A DNA stretch of 63,950 nucleotides, the filler included, from Dirinaria sp. TL-2023a (lineage: Eukaryota), in assembly GCA_051941275.1 (NCBI GenBank). It is 4 parts of 4 records of this genome, joined end to end, with 100 filler letters (N's around TTAATTAATTAA, not from the genome) between each part and the next. Parts side by side here need not be neighbours in the genome. Positions count along the whole stretch, not along the records: positions 1 to 16,221 come from JAVEBF010000501.1; positions 16,322 to 32,519 come from JAVEBF010000502.1; 2 more parts are not named here. One strand, given 5' to 3'. A program made the translations under genes and the position numbers. Shown here one piece after another: positions 11,504-23,480 of this stretch. Numbering within the stretch: the stretch's first letter is position 1; every line of letters starts with the position of its first letter. The notes below the pieces were generated by a model. It saw only the letters and a list, made by a program, of their open reading frames with translations. It did not search any database and was not told the origin of the DNA.

Positions 11504-12680
11504 CTAAAACTCATGCACCCCCTCCGTCCCCCTCTTCGCGCGAAAAGCCATCATCTCCCTTGTCTCCTTCTCAAAGGCCATGTCCGCGATCTCACGTTCG
11601 CGTCTCCCCGCCCTTCGTTGCCGGACACAGCATAGAGCCGCGAAGGCGATGAGCGCGAGACAGAGCGCGCTGACGGAGACGCCGATGGCGATTTTCGCAC
11701 CCGGGGACACGGCGGCCCAGTGCTGCGCGAGGGTTTTGTGCGGTGGTTTGGAGAGGGTTTGCGCTGGTTTCGAGGTGCCCCTGAGTTGATTTTAGTATAT
11801 AGAGGGGGTTTTGACAGGGGGTGAAAAGGGAAGGGAAAGGGAAGGGGTGTGAGGGGACGTACTGCACCACCTGGATACTCTGCCACGACCCGGTTTCATC
11901 GCCATATTTATATTCTTTCCCCTGCGTGAAATCCGTGATCCGCGCGCTCTTCACGTACATCGTGTAGGGCCCGTCCGAGTAATCCGTTTCCCCGCCCGCC
12001 CACTGGATGGTGTAGTTATTATTCCTCTTATCGCCGGCGGCCCAGATACCCAAACGGACATTCATCGGTGTCTGCGGGAAACTCGCGCCGCCGTTCGCAT
12101 CTGCGTATTTCAGCTCGCGCACGGCAGCGCCGTCGATGAACCATTGGATACTCGCGTTCGTCCAGCGCGTGGTGTAGTTATGGAACCCCTGCTGCGGATC
12201 GTTGACCGGATGCCATTTCGCGCGCGTGGCCGCCGCGGTCGTGTTGCCCTTCCCGTAGTAATTCGTTTCCCCGTGCGTGGTGTTGGTGCCCGTGAACTCC
12301 CAGTCGATTTCGTCGAGGTCGTCGGATTCGAGCACGATGCTGCTGATGATTCCGCGGCCCGTGGCGGCTTTCAGCCACACCTCGACTTCCCCGAAGAAGA
12401 TGTAGAACCTCGTCTGTATGGTTGGCGCATCGCCCCTGTTCGCGATCGTGAATGCCGCGCCCGTGTCGCTGCTGTATTGGACGTTGCCGGCGGTGGTGTT
12501 CCAGGTGGAGCCGGCGGAGGATTGGGTGAAGTCGTAGGTGTGGTTCGTGCCCAGTGCTACGTCTGTGGGACAGTCGGTATGGTTTAGTGGATTGCATGAT
12601 GTCCAGGTTTGCGCGGCGACTGGAGTAAGGAGAGCGGATAGTATCAGCCCCAGGCTGATCAAGATGGGGGAAGCAGACAT
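11504..12680 (-). CDS. GH16 Crh1/Crf1-like cell-wall chitin transglycosylase with C-terminal transmembrane helix; 2 exons
   Basis: Signal peptide, QTWTSCNPL, catalytic DLDEIDWEF and FPQTPMNVRLGIWAAGD. Intron 11781-11862 (GTACGT..CTAAA..TCAG) joins in frame to IAIGVSVSALCLALIAFAALCCVRQRR. Confidence 0.92.
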
Positions 12681-13526
12681 AGTAGAGGTGGAAAAGGGAA
12701 AGATAATGTCTTCGGTGTTAAAGGAGTGGCTTGCGATTAGATCGCGATGGTAAGGACTGACTGTGCAGAAAGCGCACGAACACGTAAAAGAGCGACGAGA
12801 TTGAGGACGAATTGAATGCCAGACGAGGCGGAAATGAGAAAAAGGGGGCGTTCCCTCGGTTGTCTACTATGATAGATGCCAAGCGCAATGATCCTCGTGC
12901 CAAGAGATATCCATCGATAAGATTATTCCTTAGACGGTTTCATGATATGGTACGAGTACTCGTACCTAACTCCACCTTTCATACCCTCCAAAGTATCACC
13001 TGGCCATCTGTAGGACTGTGACGGATCGTACTCTATGGAAATAGCTTGGAAAATATCAATCCAGTACTAAACAACGATGAAGGTGGAGGCCCAGATCATC
13101 GTAAAAGGGGGACGACCGAGAGGACCAATTCAACTAACTTTGGAAATACTGCGGCCAACCATCCGGCCTGAGGAAAAGACATATTTTCTGCCCCAGGTAA
13201 TGTACAGGACTATCCAGTCAAGTCGTAGCGGCGGAATGAACTATATAAAACTTATCACCTAGCGAGTGGCTTGCGGTTATACCTTAGCTTGGAGCAGGAA
13301 GACATCTGAGATTCGGGTCGGACGAAACCGAAGTACCAGGTTCAGGATTTTGCCCTACTTCGGTCTTGCTATATGTGCACACCGCTGGAATCTTCACACG
13401 CTTGCACGGGAGTGGAGAGCCACATCATTCATGCATGTATGCCATTACCCACATGTACGTTGGAATTGGGGGTGTCTGATTCGGATATACGAGAGCTTCT
13501 GTTGAGACATACATCGGCCCACCCCA

Positions 13527-13574
13527 ATCCTCCAATCCTCCAATCCTCCGATCCTCCGATCCTCCGATCCTCCG
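13527..13574. repeat. 8-bp tandem repeat (ATCCTCCR)x6
   Basis: ATCCTCCA x2 followed by ATCCTCCG x4. Confidence 0.95.
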
Positions 13575-14878
13575 GGACAATAGTGTATTGGCTGAAACCA
13601 ACCTAGGCAAATTGCCACCGATTGAATCAGGCTTTGCAGTGTGCTCGCGAAGCTCAAATCTTGCTCTTGAAAACAAGAAAACAACCACCCTATCATGAAT
13701 CATGTGACAAGCGACGGGTGACTTTGTACTTTCATTCAATTTGTTTACGGCCGAAGAATAGATGCCAAAGGAAAAAAAAAAAGCCTCCAGTCCCTGCTTC
13801 ATTCCGTACCGGGATCCGCACTGCCCGGCACTGCAGGATTTCGATATCCAATTTTCCCCTGTAGGGCCCCGTAATTCACCGCCCCTTCTTGGCAACGGAC
13901 ATGCATCGGCATCTTTGTCAGGGAATAGTCGTTGCGAAAACTGTGCGTTTAATCCATCATGGTTGGAACCCTTTGCCGGCACGGTTGAAGAAACCAGGCT
14001 GTCGGGATGGGAGCTCACAGGAGTGGTATGACACCATTGATGCATAGTGATGGCCCGCCCCAAAAGCCCCATGATAGCCAATGAAAAGCTGTACGGTGCT
14101 TATGGACGTGGAGGCTCCATCTCGATGCATGCCCAAGCAGCCGTTTGGACCCCCACACCGGAGATGTTTCAAAAATGAAGCAGCTACACGAAAACTTCGT
14201 GCATTGAGTATGTATGTGTGTGCTCGGAGGCATGACGAAGTGAATAGCATGCTCGACATGCTCGGAAACGCGCAATCATAAATGTTCGTGCCTCTTGATT
14301 CCTTGAACGAAGAAACATTGGATTCGGGCCGATTCAGCCCCACTTTCTGGATGCCCACGTTCCTTTGTCAAGGATCTCGCGCCGAGCAAGCGAACTGGCG
14401 GATGCAATTTAGCGCGTTAAGGTAAGTAATGCTCATTTTTAGGTTCGTCATAAGCGGGAAAAGAGTATGCCGATGCGGCACTGCGTCTAGAAACGATGAA
14501 CAGGTATGTCAGGTAGCCAGCGTTTCGGCGTCCAAATTATGAAAGGCGACACTCATCGCACGCCCTGTATCACTCGACAAAGTATGATTGGTCGACTTTC
14601 CGCCCCCAACTCCGAAGTGTATGCCCTCATGCAGTGATCCAACCGAAAACCGTAACACGTTAGGATAGCAAGGTAGTTCTCTGAGCAGGTCGTGATTGCA
14701 TTCGGAATCCTACAAACGAACCTCCTCTGAGAGAGAGGTTTCATGAGCCTTCGAGCATTAGAAACATCGGCCGTAACATGAAAAACACGCGCTCGAAGGT
14801 TTCGCCGTAGTCGCCTGAAATTTGGTCGACAACGAGGTGGATGGAAAGGATTTAGAAGGCGAGAAACCCGACAAGCTG

Positions 14879-15754
14879 CTATTGTGGCAACTCCAGCACC
14901 CGCACCTGATTGTCGATATCGAGGATCTCGCAGCGCCGCGAGAAACGTTCCAGTGAACGATCATCAAGACAGGTCTTGTGATCAACGCCCCACTCGGCCA
15001 GCAGCGCTTGCCGCCTTTGGTATAACGACTCGAGTATAAGCTGGATCGGATCCTTTTTGATACCATAAAGGTTTTCTAGCTCTTCTCGAATCTTGCGTAG
15101 CAACTCGCGGCTCTTGAGATCAAGTAACATGAGGGTTTCGATGTACTCTTGGAGCGTTTGGCACGTGGTAGAAGTGACTATTGCTGCGTCGTGTCCTAAT
15201 GATTTGGTGGTATTCGAACCGGGGGTCCAGATTGGGGATGTCAGCGGAGGTGAAGGTTCTTGAAGCGAGGGTGGCGACATTGGGGGAGAAAGCATGATAG
15301 GGTCAGGTTGGCCGTAGGTTGCTTTCAAGTTGTGTTGAACCACAGGCGTGATGTTTAAAGGACCCTTTTTGTCCTTGCGACTATCATGGCTTTCAGAATC
15401 TTCCGAGTGCTCGAACGATGGACGTTCTTCCAGCGAGGATCTTGGCGAATTATTGACATCTATACAGTAGACGAGCGGGGACGACGGGGTGGGTCTGGGA
15501 ACCGAGACCTGGCCGCGGCTTCGAGGTCTATTGCAAAGCTGCGTATGGCGTGCCAATGCTGGACGCGAGTTTGAACCGAGTTCGGAAGACGACTGCTTAA
15601 GTATTAATTGCCCATACTTCCGCGTTTTGTGGGCTCCAGTGTACACGTACCTCCGCCATCTGCGATAAGGACGGCAGCCGCCTGGGCCTACTGGCTGATG
15701 AAGCGGTGATTGGAGGGAGTTGACGACCACCCGCCTGCCATAAGGTAAAGTCAC
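14879..15754 (-). CDS. Hypothetical protein (Ser/Pro-rich middle, helical C-terminus); start uncertain
   Basis: A 291-codon open frame with a plausible amphipathic helical C-terminal part. No recognisable domain and no clear ATG. Confidence 0.3.
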   Translation of the reverse strand: MTLPYGRRVVVNSLQSPLHQPVGPGGCRPYRRWRRYVYTGAHKTRKYGQLILKQSSSELGSNSRPALARHTQLCNRPRSRGQVSVPRPTPSSPLVYCIDVNNSPRSSLEERPSFEHSEDSESHDSRKDKKGPLNITPVVQHNLKATYGQPDPIMLSPPMSPPSLQEPSPPLTSPIWTPGSNTTKSLGHDAAIVTSTTCQTLQEYIETLMLLDLKSRELLRKIREELENLYGIKKDPIQLILESLYQRRQALLAEWGVDHKTCLDDRSLERFSRRCEILDIDNQVRVLELPQ

Positions 15755-16221
15755 CCATCGATGCAGTACTGTTGGAACCTGCTCGACGACGGCACGACGG
15801 GTGGATGGAAAGAGTTGTGGTGTGCTCCTGCCACAACTCGCAAAGACGGTTTTGGAATGTTCACCCTTTGGTAGATTCCGGATCGGCTAGGCGGTCACGG
15901 TTCGCTTTGCTCCCCCTTGCAGGCTTCGTGCATCAGCAGGTGATCCTGGCGACGCAAGAAGCATGCAGAGGGCCAAATCAGTTCAGTTCTTTCTGAAGAT
16001 GGCATAGGGCTTCCGTCCCCGGGACTGGAACATAGCGCCTGGGGAGCAGGGGGAAAAGCAGCGTTTTGTGCCGGAGTAGCCTCCAATTCCAGCTATAGCG
16101 TCCACATAAATGGGAGCGGATTGCGTTGGCGATAAGGAGAATCGGAAGCGCACGGAGGTACATCCCCCACAGCAGCGCACAATGAAGGATTGATTGGCTG
16201 AGTGATAGAGGATTGTCGGGG

Positions 16222-16321
16222 NNNNNNNNNNNNNNNNNNNNNNNNNNNNNNNNNNNNNNNNNNNNTTAATTAATTAANNNNNNNNNNNNNNNNNNNNNNN
16301 NNNNNNNNNNNNNNNNNNNNN
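16222..16321. other. Artificial contig spacer (N + TTAATTAATTAA + N)
   Basis: 100-nt block containing a six-frame stop linker. Confidence 0.98.
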
Positions 16322-16369
16322 ATCAGGAAGGGGGGGTGTGCGCCTAGCGGCGGTCTTTTTTTTTAAGAG

Positions 16370-16466
16370 AGGTATTGATAGATGAACACGGTGGAGTGGG
16401 GTGAGTGGCGTGATAGTAGAGAGAAGAGGGTGTGACAATAGAGTGGGGTGGTGTGGTGGCAGTAGG
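16370..16466. repeat. Third copy of the dispersed repeat seen at 10713-11112, at a contig start
   Basis: AGGTATTGATAGATGAA...GGCGTG...GGTGTG.C.ATAGAG matches 11038-11112. GGTGGTGTGGTGGCAGT is the near reverse complement of 10715-10731. Confidence 0.6.
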
Positions 16467-18140
16467 ATGCTTTTTCTGATGATGGGAAGTTAGAGTAACA
16501 GAGAGGTCTTTTTGGATTGACTATTTATGGTGTCTGCTTCCTCAATCTCTTAAATTATCAGATACGACGAGAACTATATTTTTCTCGTGTTTGGAATAAA
16601 TCATGAATTTTCTTGTATTCAGATATCAGAATTGAATGGGGAAATACGCATCTAGGGCACACATAGAGCCCAGAGCGATTCAAGTCTGGCTTTTTGGTGC
16701 TCGCTTCCCAGCTACGGAGGTCCAAACCATTAGTCCTGGCCAGTGTGGTCAGTGCCACTGGTGTGGGTCAATTGGAACTTGCTCGGGAGACCATCTGAGA
16801 TCATCGCTCGGACACGCCAGTTTACTATCTAAGTTAGGAGGTCAATTGTGCTCACCAAAGGGCAACTGATAGTCATATATCGTACACGACAACAGAGTCT
16901 TGGCGTATATGGCGAATTTTCGTAGTATGAGCCCTATGATAAGGCTGATCAACGCCAAGAAAAATACCCTCCTTTGATCTCCCGCTAACACGCAACCTAC
17001 TTTAAGATATCAACCGCTCGCAAGTCTTCTTGTGAATAATGAACCTAGACTTCTATGAGCGATGTTGGAGAAAAACGTGTTGAGCAAGGAGAATCTACGA
17101 TGAATTTGCTCCAAGTGAAATATCTCAACATCGCTGATGAGAGTTAGGAAGCCTGATGTGATCGAAGCGTCTATGAATATGTGTGCGCTTGTTCATTATT
17201 TCAGGAAAATGCAATTCGTGGTGATGTCCTCTGGTTTGAGAACGGAGGGTTATTCCGTAATAGGATTTAGCAGAGCGTTGCATCTCGGGAGAGTGGGGAT
17301 GGTTGGCTGGTGGCGATGTTATACGTCTGCAAGAGTCTTACATGCATGACTACCTTAGAGGAAGTTGTTTTAATAAGAACAGCGATCATTGGATTAGATA
17401 AGGTAAGGGTAATTACAGCGTAGGTTCGGTACCGTGTTGGCATTGGAAACCTTCTAGTGTCGCCTAGGAGATGTTGAGCTAATGCATGATACTGAGACGA
17501 GACTTAGCTTTCTTCTTTACCCACCGCTGCTAGAAGGCAGATCCTTTACTTGAGCTGCTGGGAGGAGGTCTTGATGTATTGCTTTGACGATTGGGTCGGC
17601 CATCGACTTGATGAATTGATGGTTTTGGTGGTTCTAATTGGGCGGTTCTGTTATCATCGTTATGGTTCTAATTTGCAATGTGTGTACACGAGTGGTATGA
17701 ATTTCAGATAGCGGATGTGGAAGGGGACGAAATGCTTTATTGCGGGACGTAGACGAGGAGTAGTAGTAAACTTCTTGTGTCTCTGAGTAAGGACCACTCG
17801 CTAGAAGGAGTTGTGTTTGGGATCTCACGAGTATCACACGTGGGAAGGGGGCAATGGTGGAGATAAGAAGGGTTAGAACCCTTAGCGATTGCCACCAAGA
17901 CTCGCCATTGAGGCAAGGGACATAAGCTATCAGCGTGAACCATAGCATAACGGCGTGTATCATTCAAGCAGCTCATATAGCGTTATATAATCCTCCTACC
18001 ACAAGAAATTGAGAGAAAGAAAGCAAGTACCCCATCCACATTGATGTTCAGCTTCGACGTGTTGCATCTGGTGCTGAGTAGCGACGACCCATTAGGTCGC
18101 GCCTTGGGCTCCGTACAGCCTGGTGATTTGGCAGGGAGCG

Positions 18141-18736
18141 CTAGTCAATGTTGTGTGCACCCGAATGTTCGTTGCGGAGCACTTGACCTTCGCCGTCACG
18201 CCGTAAATCAGTAAGGCTGGACCCTTCATCAATTGTGGTCCTGAACCTCGCCTCAGATGTTTGGTAAGGACTAGCCGTGGTGGCAGGACCGTCCTTGTCT
18301 GGGCATGAGTCCGTGCTGGTGTTTCCCGGCTCAGTCGTCTGGTCGCCGGAAGGTGCACGAGCGGGGTTATCCTCAGCTGGTGCGATGCTTTCGATGTCTT
18401 CCAACTGCTGTGGGGGTGGATGGGCTTCATGAGAAGGTGTAGAAGCAATCCGCTCGGACAGATGATGGGCTTGGTCTAACGGAAGCATGAATAGTCAGCG
18501 GCCTTGTAGTCCGAGCTGTCAGGCTACGACGTACCACCATGCGACAAGGTACGTCCGTCATGTTGGCCTACATGCCGTAGCTTCCATACTCGGCGGCCTT
18601 GCCATATAGTTATCACTCCAATGACGACGGCGCAGGAGCCGAAGAAAGCGTTGGTAGTGGTATCGGAGGAGGTCGAAGCCTTGAGCGTATTACTAATCTG
18701 AGCCTTGTCTACCGGCAGAGAGAGTGTGGGTGCCAT
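18141..18736 (-). CDS. Small single-pass membrane protein with disordered acidic C-terminal tail; 2 exons
   Basis: ATG at 18736 and TM segment AFFGSCAVVIGVITIW. Intron 18476-18534 (GTACGT..GCTGAC..TTAG) joins HG/DQAHH in frame with ORF 18141-18488. Confidence 0.65.
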
Positions 18737-21700
18737 TGGTGTCACGGTATTGTGAGGTGACTATGAGTAGTTGAGGTTTCGAGAAGAAGCAGGAGAACTG
18801 CCACTCTATATAGTCCCCCATAGCGTAGCAATTGCAGAGAAGCTGGGGTAGCAGAGCCTCTAAGATTGACTGATACGAACCAAAGGGACTGAGACGAAGG
18901 ATCAGCATTGTGTGAATTGCTAGATTCAGCTTAGCGACCCGAACGCCCACCCAACTGTACCCATAAGAGTAGACAAGCGAGGCGCGGCAAAAACTTTCTT
19001 CAATTGCAAAATCCTCGTAGGATTTTCCACTTTTGCAAGTCGAAATTTACATTTGCGACGATGACAGCGACCGCTCGGCAGGTCTAGTGATTTACTTACT
19101 TGGACTGTGCTCCTGATAAGGCATGCTCGATACTATGCGTCCAAAACCGAAAGCCTCAATCAATGTGACGTTATTGGTACACTGAGATCGAAATTCTTGT
19201 CGCACTTTGACTGAGAATTGCAAAAATGAAAATTGCATCAGATTTCTGCAAATGACAGTACTTGCCTGACAACACAAGGCAACATGCAGCAATATGCAAC
19301 AAATGCAAGCGCCAGCGTGGTTGCAGAAGCAGCTAAACCAAACCAGGTAATAATGACAAGTGGAGCCACTTTGCGGCACGAGATGGACATCAACAAGCCT
19401 TGACTGACATCTAAGGTAATTCGCATCTAACTTATGTACGAAGCGTAAGTACATGAATAATCCTTGTCCCAACACCCTGGAATGTGCGTCCCACCACGGG
19501 CCACAAACCAATGAGTTGAAATGATTCCTCCATCAGTGGGCGGTTTGACACCCACACCATCGGAATTCAGGGATTCACCATTCGTCCCACGATGAAAACG
19601 GCAGAGTACGATTTGTTTCTACAGATGGATCTTCGACCTCACCTCGGAACTCTTCAGGTTGTCAGGGCCAGTGTTGTCAGAGTACTTCTACACCACCAGC
19701 CTCTTCGATCCCGCCAATGAGCTTGACTTGATTCGAACGCTGTGTCCCGGATTATATCACTATGCTGATCTTTTCAAAGCACTGAAATTGCGTCCTTGAT
19801 CTATCCCACGTAAGTAGGCGCTCTCTCCTCAACAACATCTGTTTCGGGCAGCAAATTGTAATGAGCGAAGTGATGATACGGTCGTGGCTCGCTGAGTCTA
19901 TGCCTAATCCGCACTAGCTTTTTGGAATTGCACTAAGATAAGACACCTTAGATACTCTGGTCTCGCCGTATAAGACCAGGTCGTCTGCAGATACGATAGG
20001 CAGGTATCCTAGACGGACTAGCTTATGCAGCTTCAACATAGGTAGATGTAGTCTTGATGGCCTAGGTGGGTCGTGCAGCGTCAACTGATGCGCCGCATGA
20101 AACTATCATGCTCTGGCATTTCCAAGACCCTGATGCTGTGTCCTTTGCCTATTCTATGTTCCCAAATCTCCTCTCCTTAATGATATCTCGAAAATTGACC
20201 CTACTTCAGACGTCAATTCTTAACGAAGTAACTCATAACTACCATCCAGGCTTGATCGCCCCCATAATGCAAGCAGGAGTTCCGAGCCCAGCGATGTCTC
20301 CGCACACGAAGCTGCTTGTCAATCACATCAGCGCTGACCAATGATGAATCTTCCCTGGGTACGGTGCCATGGAATATCTTACCTGACTAACTTCTCTCTT
20401 TAACTTCACATGGCTGAGAAGAAATCAAACGTCATCGTTGGAAGTACGAATCTCATGAGTTCAATATACGACGGGCCCGAGACCCGCGATAGCCTTAGCG
20501 GACCCCACATCTTACGATTTATTGTAGCAGAGGACATTCTGCCAATTTGAGTGGACGGCGAACCGCTGATATGGTGTACAATGATTTTTCAATGGTACAT
20601 TGAGTTGCTCATGACAGACCTACTAAGCACACCTTTACCTTTGAGCTTTTACTTCGAGATATGGTACTCGTCGCCGCAATTTTGCCTGAGCTTGTTTCTC
20701 TCGCCGCCCTCCGTCGGCGTTGTCAGTTCATGAATCATAGCTATAGCTGTAGCTGCCGGCTGTCAATCATCGGATCATGCTTCATTGGAAATACGAAGCG
20801 CTCCGACGAGAGCCCCCTTATCTTTCTTTTGCGCTTCCAAAAAAGAAAAGAATCTTCTGGTTGATAATATATGTCATTCCTCTAACACCGCAGAATACAT
20901 ATGTGAGGATTATTGCCGGGTGAGACATAGATTACGCCTAGTTGAACAGATTCAAATAAGGCTGGTCGTGGGGCGACAGTAGTGGGATCCCAAAAGAAAA
21001 AAAAAAAAAAAAAGAAAACGGACGGAATATGTATACAGCAGTGTGGTGAAGCAAATCTCAGCCTTCTTTCGATTGTATCATACAGAGAACCCGACGAAAT
21101 GTCCAAGCCCAAAAAAAATCATATTCTTTTTTGGCGACATACAAGCTAATCCTCGAACACGTACCTCGACGTAGATATCAATACGTCTATTTCATGCACC
21201 TTTCTTCACTTACTGCTGTGTTCCAGAATTACGAGAATACTATGATGCTCATTATTTCCATCGTTTCAAAGAAAAACCCGATTCGAGAAACATCCTGTTC
21301 ATCATTGATGCAGGAATCACAACAGACACCCATACGCAAAACAAACATCTGTTAACGCGCAAACGATCATTTCATTAGATACCCACTCTCTTATCCTCGT
21401 CTCCCAATACCTCAGAATGAGGATATTCACAAAAAACATGTTTTTTTATAAAACCATTTAATGATTTGACATCGGCGCTTGCATGGTGAATCGATCCATC
21501 GTCATTTCGTGAAACCGTGTTTGTACTTGAAACTGAGGTATGACGGTGTCGGAGGTACTAATCCATGTAGGTAAAAAAGATATTGTGGGGAGTGGGGCAC
21601 TGTGCGGGGCTCCCCTTTTTTTGCCCTTCTGGTTGTGGTTTTTCAGAAGTGGGAAGCCTCATCGCGGACTTTTTTAGACTGGGGTTTGGGCTCTTTGGGA

Positions 21701-22019
21701 GGTTATGTGAGGAGATGCGGTGCTAGTGGATGGATGAACGAGGAAGCGTCTACGATTTCTCGAGATGAAAGACGTCCCTTGGTACGACAATTTGGAAAGA
21801 GAGTATGCTATTAAAGTCAAGAGGAAAAAGAGACCGAACTGGCAAGAAGAAATCTTGTAACCATGTATAAAGATGTGAACAATCCTAGTCTGCCTTATGC
21901 TCATCATGCTAATGTGTGCGTGGATAGATCATAGATTTATGTTTCTTACTTCAGCCGCTAGGTCAATAGCCTATTACCTCCAAGTACTATTCTACACGGA
22001 CGAAGCTTTCTACACTGCG

Positions 22020-22600
22020 CTAGTGATAGACCGATGCCGGGTATCCGACCAGACGGGCATTGTTAACCGGCAAGAACTTCGACTCCTTGCAGAATTCATG
22101 AGCTGATTTCGAGAGCTCCTCACCCTCCGAGAATGCAAACTCCTGCTTCAGCAGCAGATCGTAATCGGCTTTGCGATACTCGGGCGCGATGTTGTAGATC
22201 TGGGCCAAGTATTTTTTCTGTTGCGGGGATGTAGTCAGTCAAAAGGAAAATACTGATACGTTTGTAGAGAATCATGAAATGAGAGCGTACCTGAATAATG
22301 GGATAATTGGCCTTGGCCACATTCTTTTGACCGTGTTCTGATGCAAGTTCGCTCTCGCCTTGTCGCTCATGACCCGCTTGTACAACTCCGTGGCTTGAGC
22401 ATACTCACTCTTCTGGGCTTCGTGCATGTAGTGGCTCTTCCGAGACACCACGTTCTCAGCGACAGAGTAAGAGACCTCCGTAGGATCCAGAAGGGACGCG
22501 ACCTTGAAAGAGTTCAGGACATAATGTTTGTTACCGGCGTGGTTGGCGCCGACACGCATCGGCTCTGATGGAATAATTGCGGGCCATGAAAGGGTGCTTG
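22020..22600 (-). pseudogene. 5'-truncated catalase pseudogene (C-terminal region only)
   Basis: HPFMARNYS / PMRVGANH..YVLNSF..SRKSHYMHEAQKSEYAQATELYKRVM..RANLHQNT / NYPIIQ / KYLAQIYNIAPEY resembles the C-terminal part of fungal small-subunit catalases. It has frameshifts, a retained intron (~22220-22290, GTACGC..ACTGAC..CAG), and no heme-binding N-terminal part upstream. Confidence 0.75.
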
Positions 22601-23000
22601 CTCGACATCACGATGAAATTTCTTCGAGAACTTTTTCAAGACAAGATTGCTTGATTCATGCATAAAAAAGTGGCGCCGAGGCTAAACATGCTCTGAACGT
22701 TAATCTTTCATAAAATCTCTTCCCCTTTCTCTATAGCTTCCCCTAGCTGTCGTTTGGAATAAATCAGGTCTTCACGCGAGGTGATAATGGCTTGAGGCTG
22801 CGTCATCTGCTTCTGATCATGGGTAGCTAGGGAGATGGAAATGGGCTGTTAGATTCTAGTTAGTTTTTCATTAAATTACTTCTGTGCCTAAGCATAAAGT
22901 ATATACTTAATTTATGCGCCTACAATATCATGGCTGCCCTCAGCTGTATAGAATTGGATGGCTGCGAGCGGAGGTCGGGGAATTCGCGTCCACCAACTAC

Positions 23001-23480
23001 CCTCGATACTGTTAGCGTGATCCTGGTTGAAAAGATGGGACACTCTACAATAGGTACCTTACTTTACACGCCCAGACTGCCAGGCTTCGCTTGAAGAAAG
23101 CTAGGGTTACGTGTGAGCTAAGCCATTTCCGCGTTTCACTTTGGTCTTCGTTGGGTTGTAAACCTTTCTCGGGTAGGATTCAGGCCTGAAAACACAGTCC
23201 TGGATACTGTTAGCGCGGTCCGAGTTGAAAAGATGGGACACACCACCTACTCCAGCGCACCCCGTAGTCGCTCTGCTCCTATTCTACCTTACCTACCTTA
23301 CAGGCCTAGACTGTCAAGCCTCGCTCGAAGGAATCTAGGGTTGAATTTGCGGGTGAGCTAATCCATTTCCGGGTTTCACTTTGGTCTTCGTTGGATTGTA
23401 AACCTTTGTTGGGTAGGATTTGGACCTGAAAGCACAGTCCCGATGCTGTTAGCGTGGCTGGGGTTGAAAGATTGGAAGGG
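23001..23480. repeat. Tandem array A of a ~125-nt conserved-core repeat (one partial plus two full units; periods 198 and 239 bp)
   Basis: Cores start GAGCTAA at 23115 and 23355; CTGTTAGCG occurs at 23009, 23207 and 23446. Homologous to array B at 57068-57942. Confidence 0.9.

Noticed and set aside
15895..16086. Possible degenerate Zn2Cys6 cluster (SACFLRRQDH..CKGEQSEP*) upstream of ORF 14879-15754
   Set aside because: Only two of six Cys are present; recovering the motif needs several assumed mutations.
16266..16277. TTAATTAATTAA palindrome repeated three times in the window
   Set aside because: Assembly linker inside N runs, not biological.
23115..23480. Hammerhead, twister or hairpin ribozyme in the repeat core
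   Set aside because: No CTGANGA..GAAA core on either strand, and twister and hairpin catalytic motifs could not be placed by eye.
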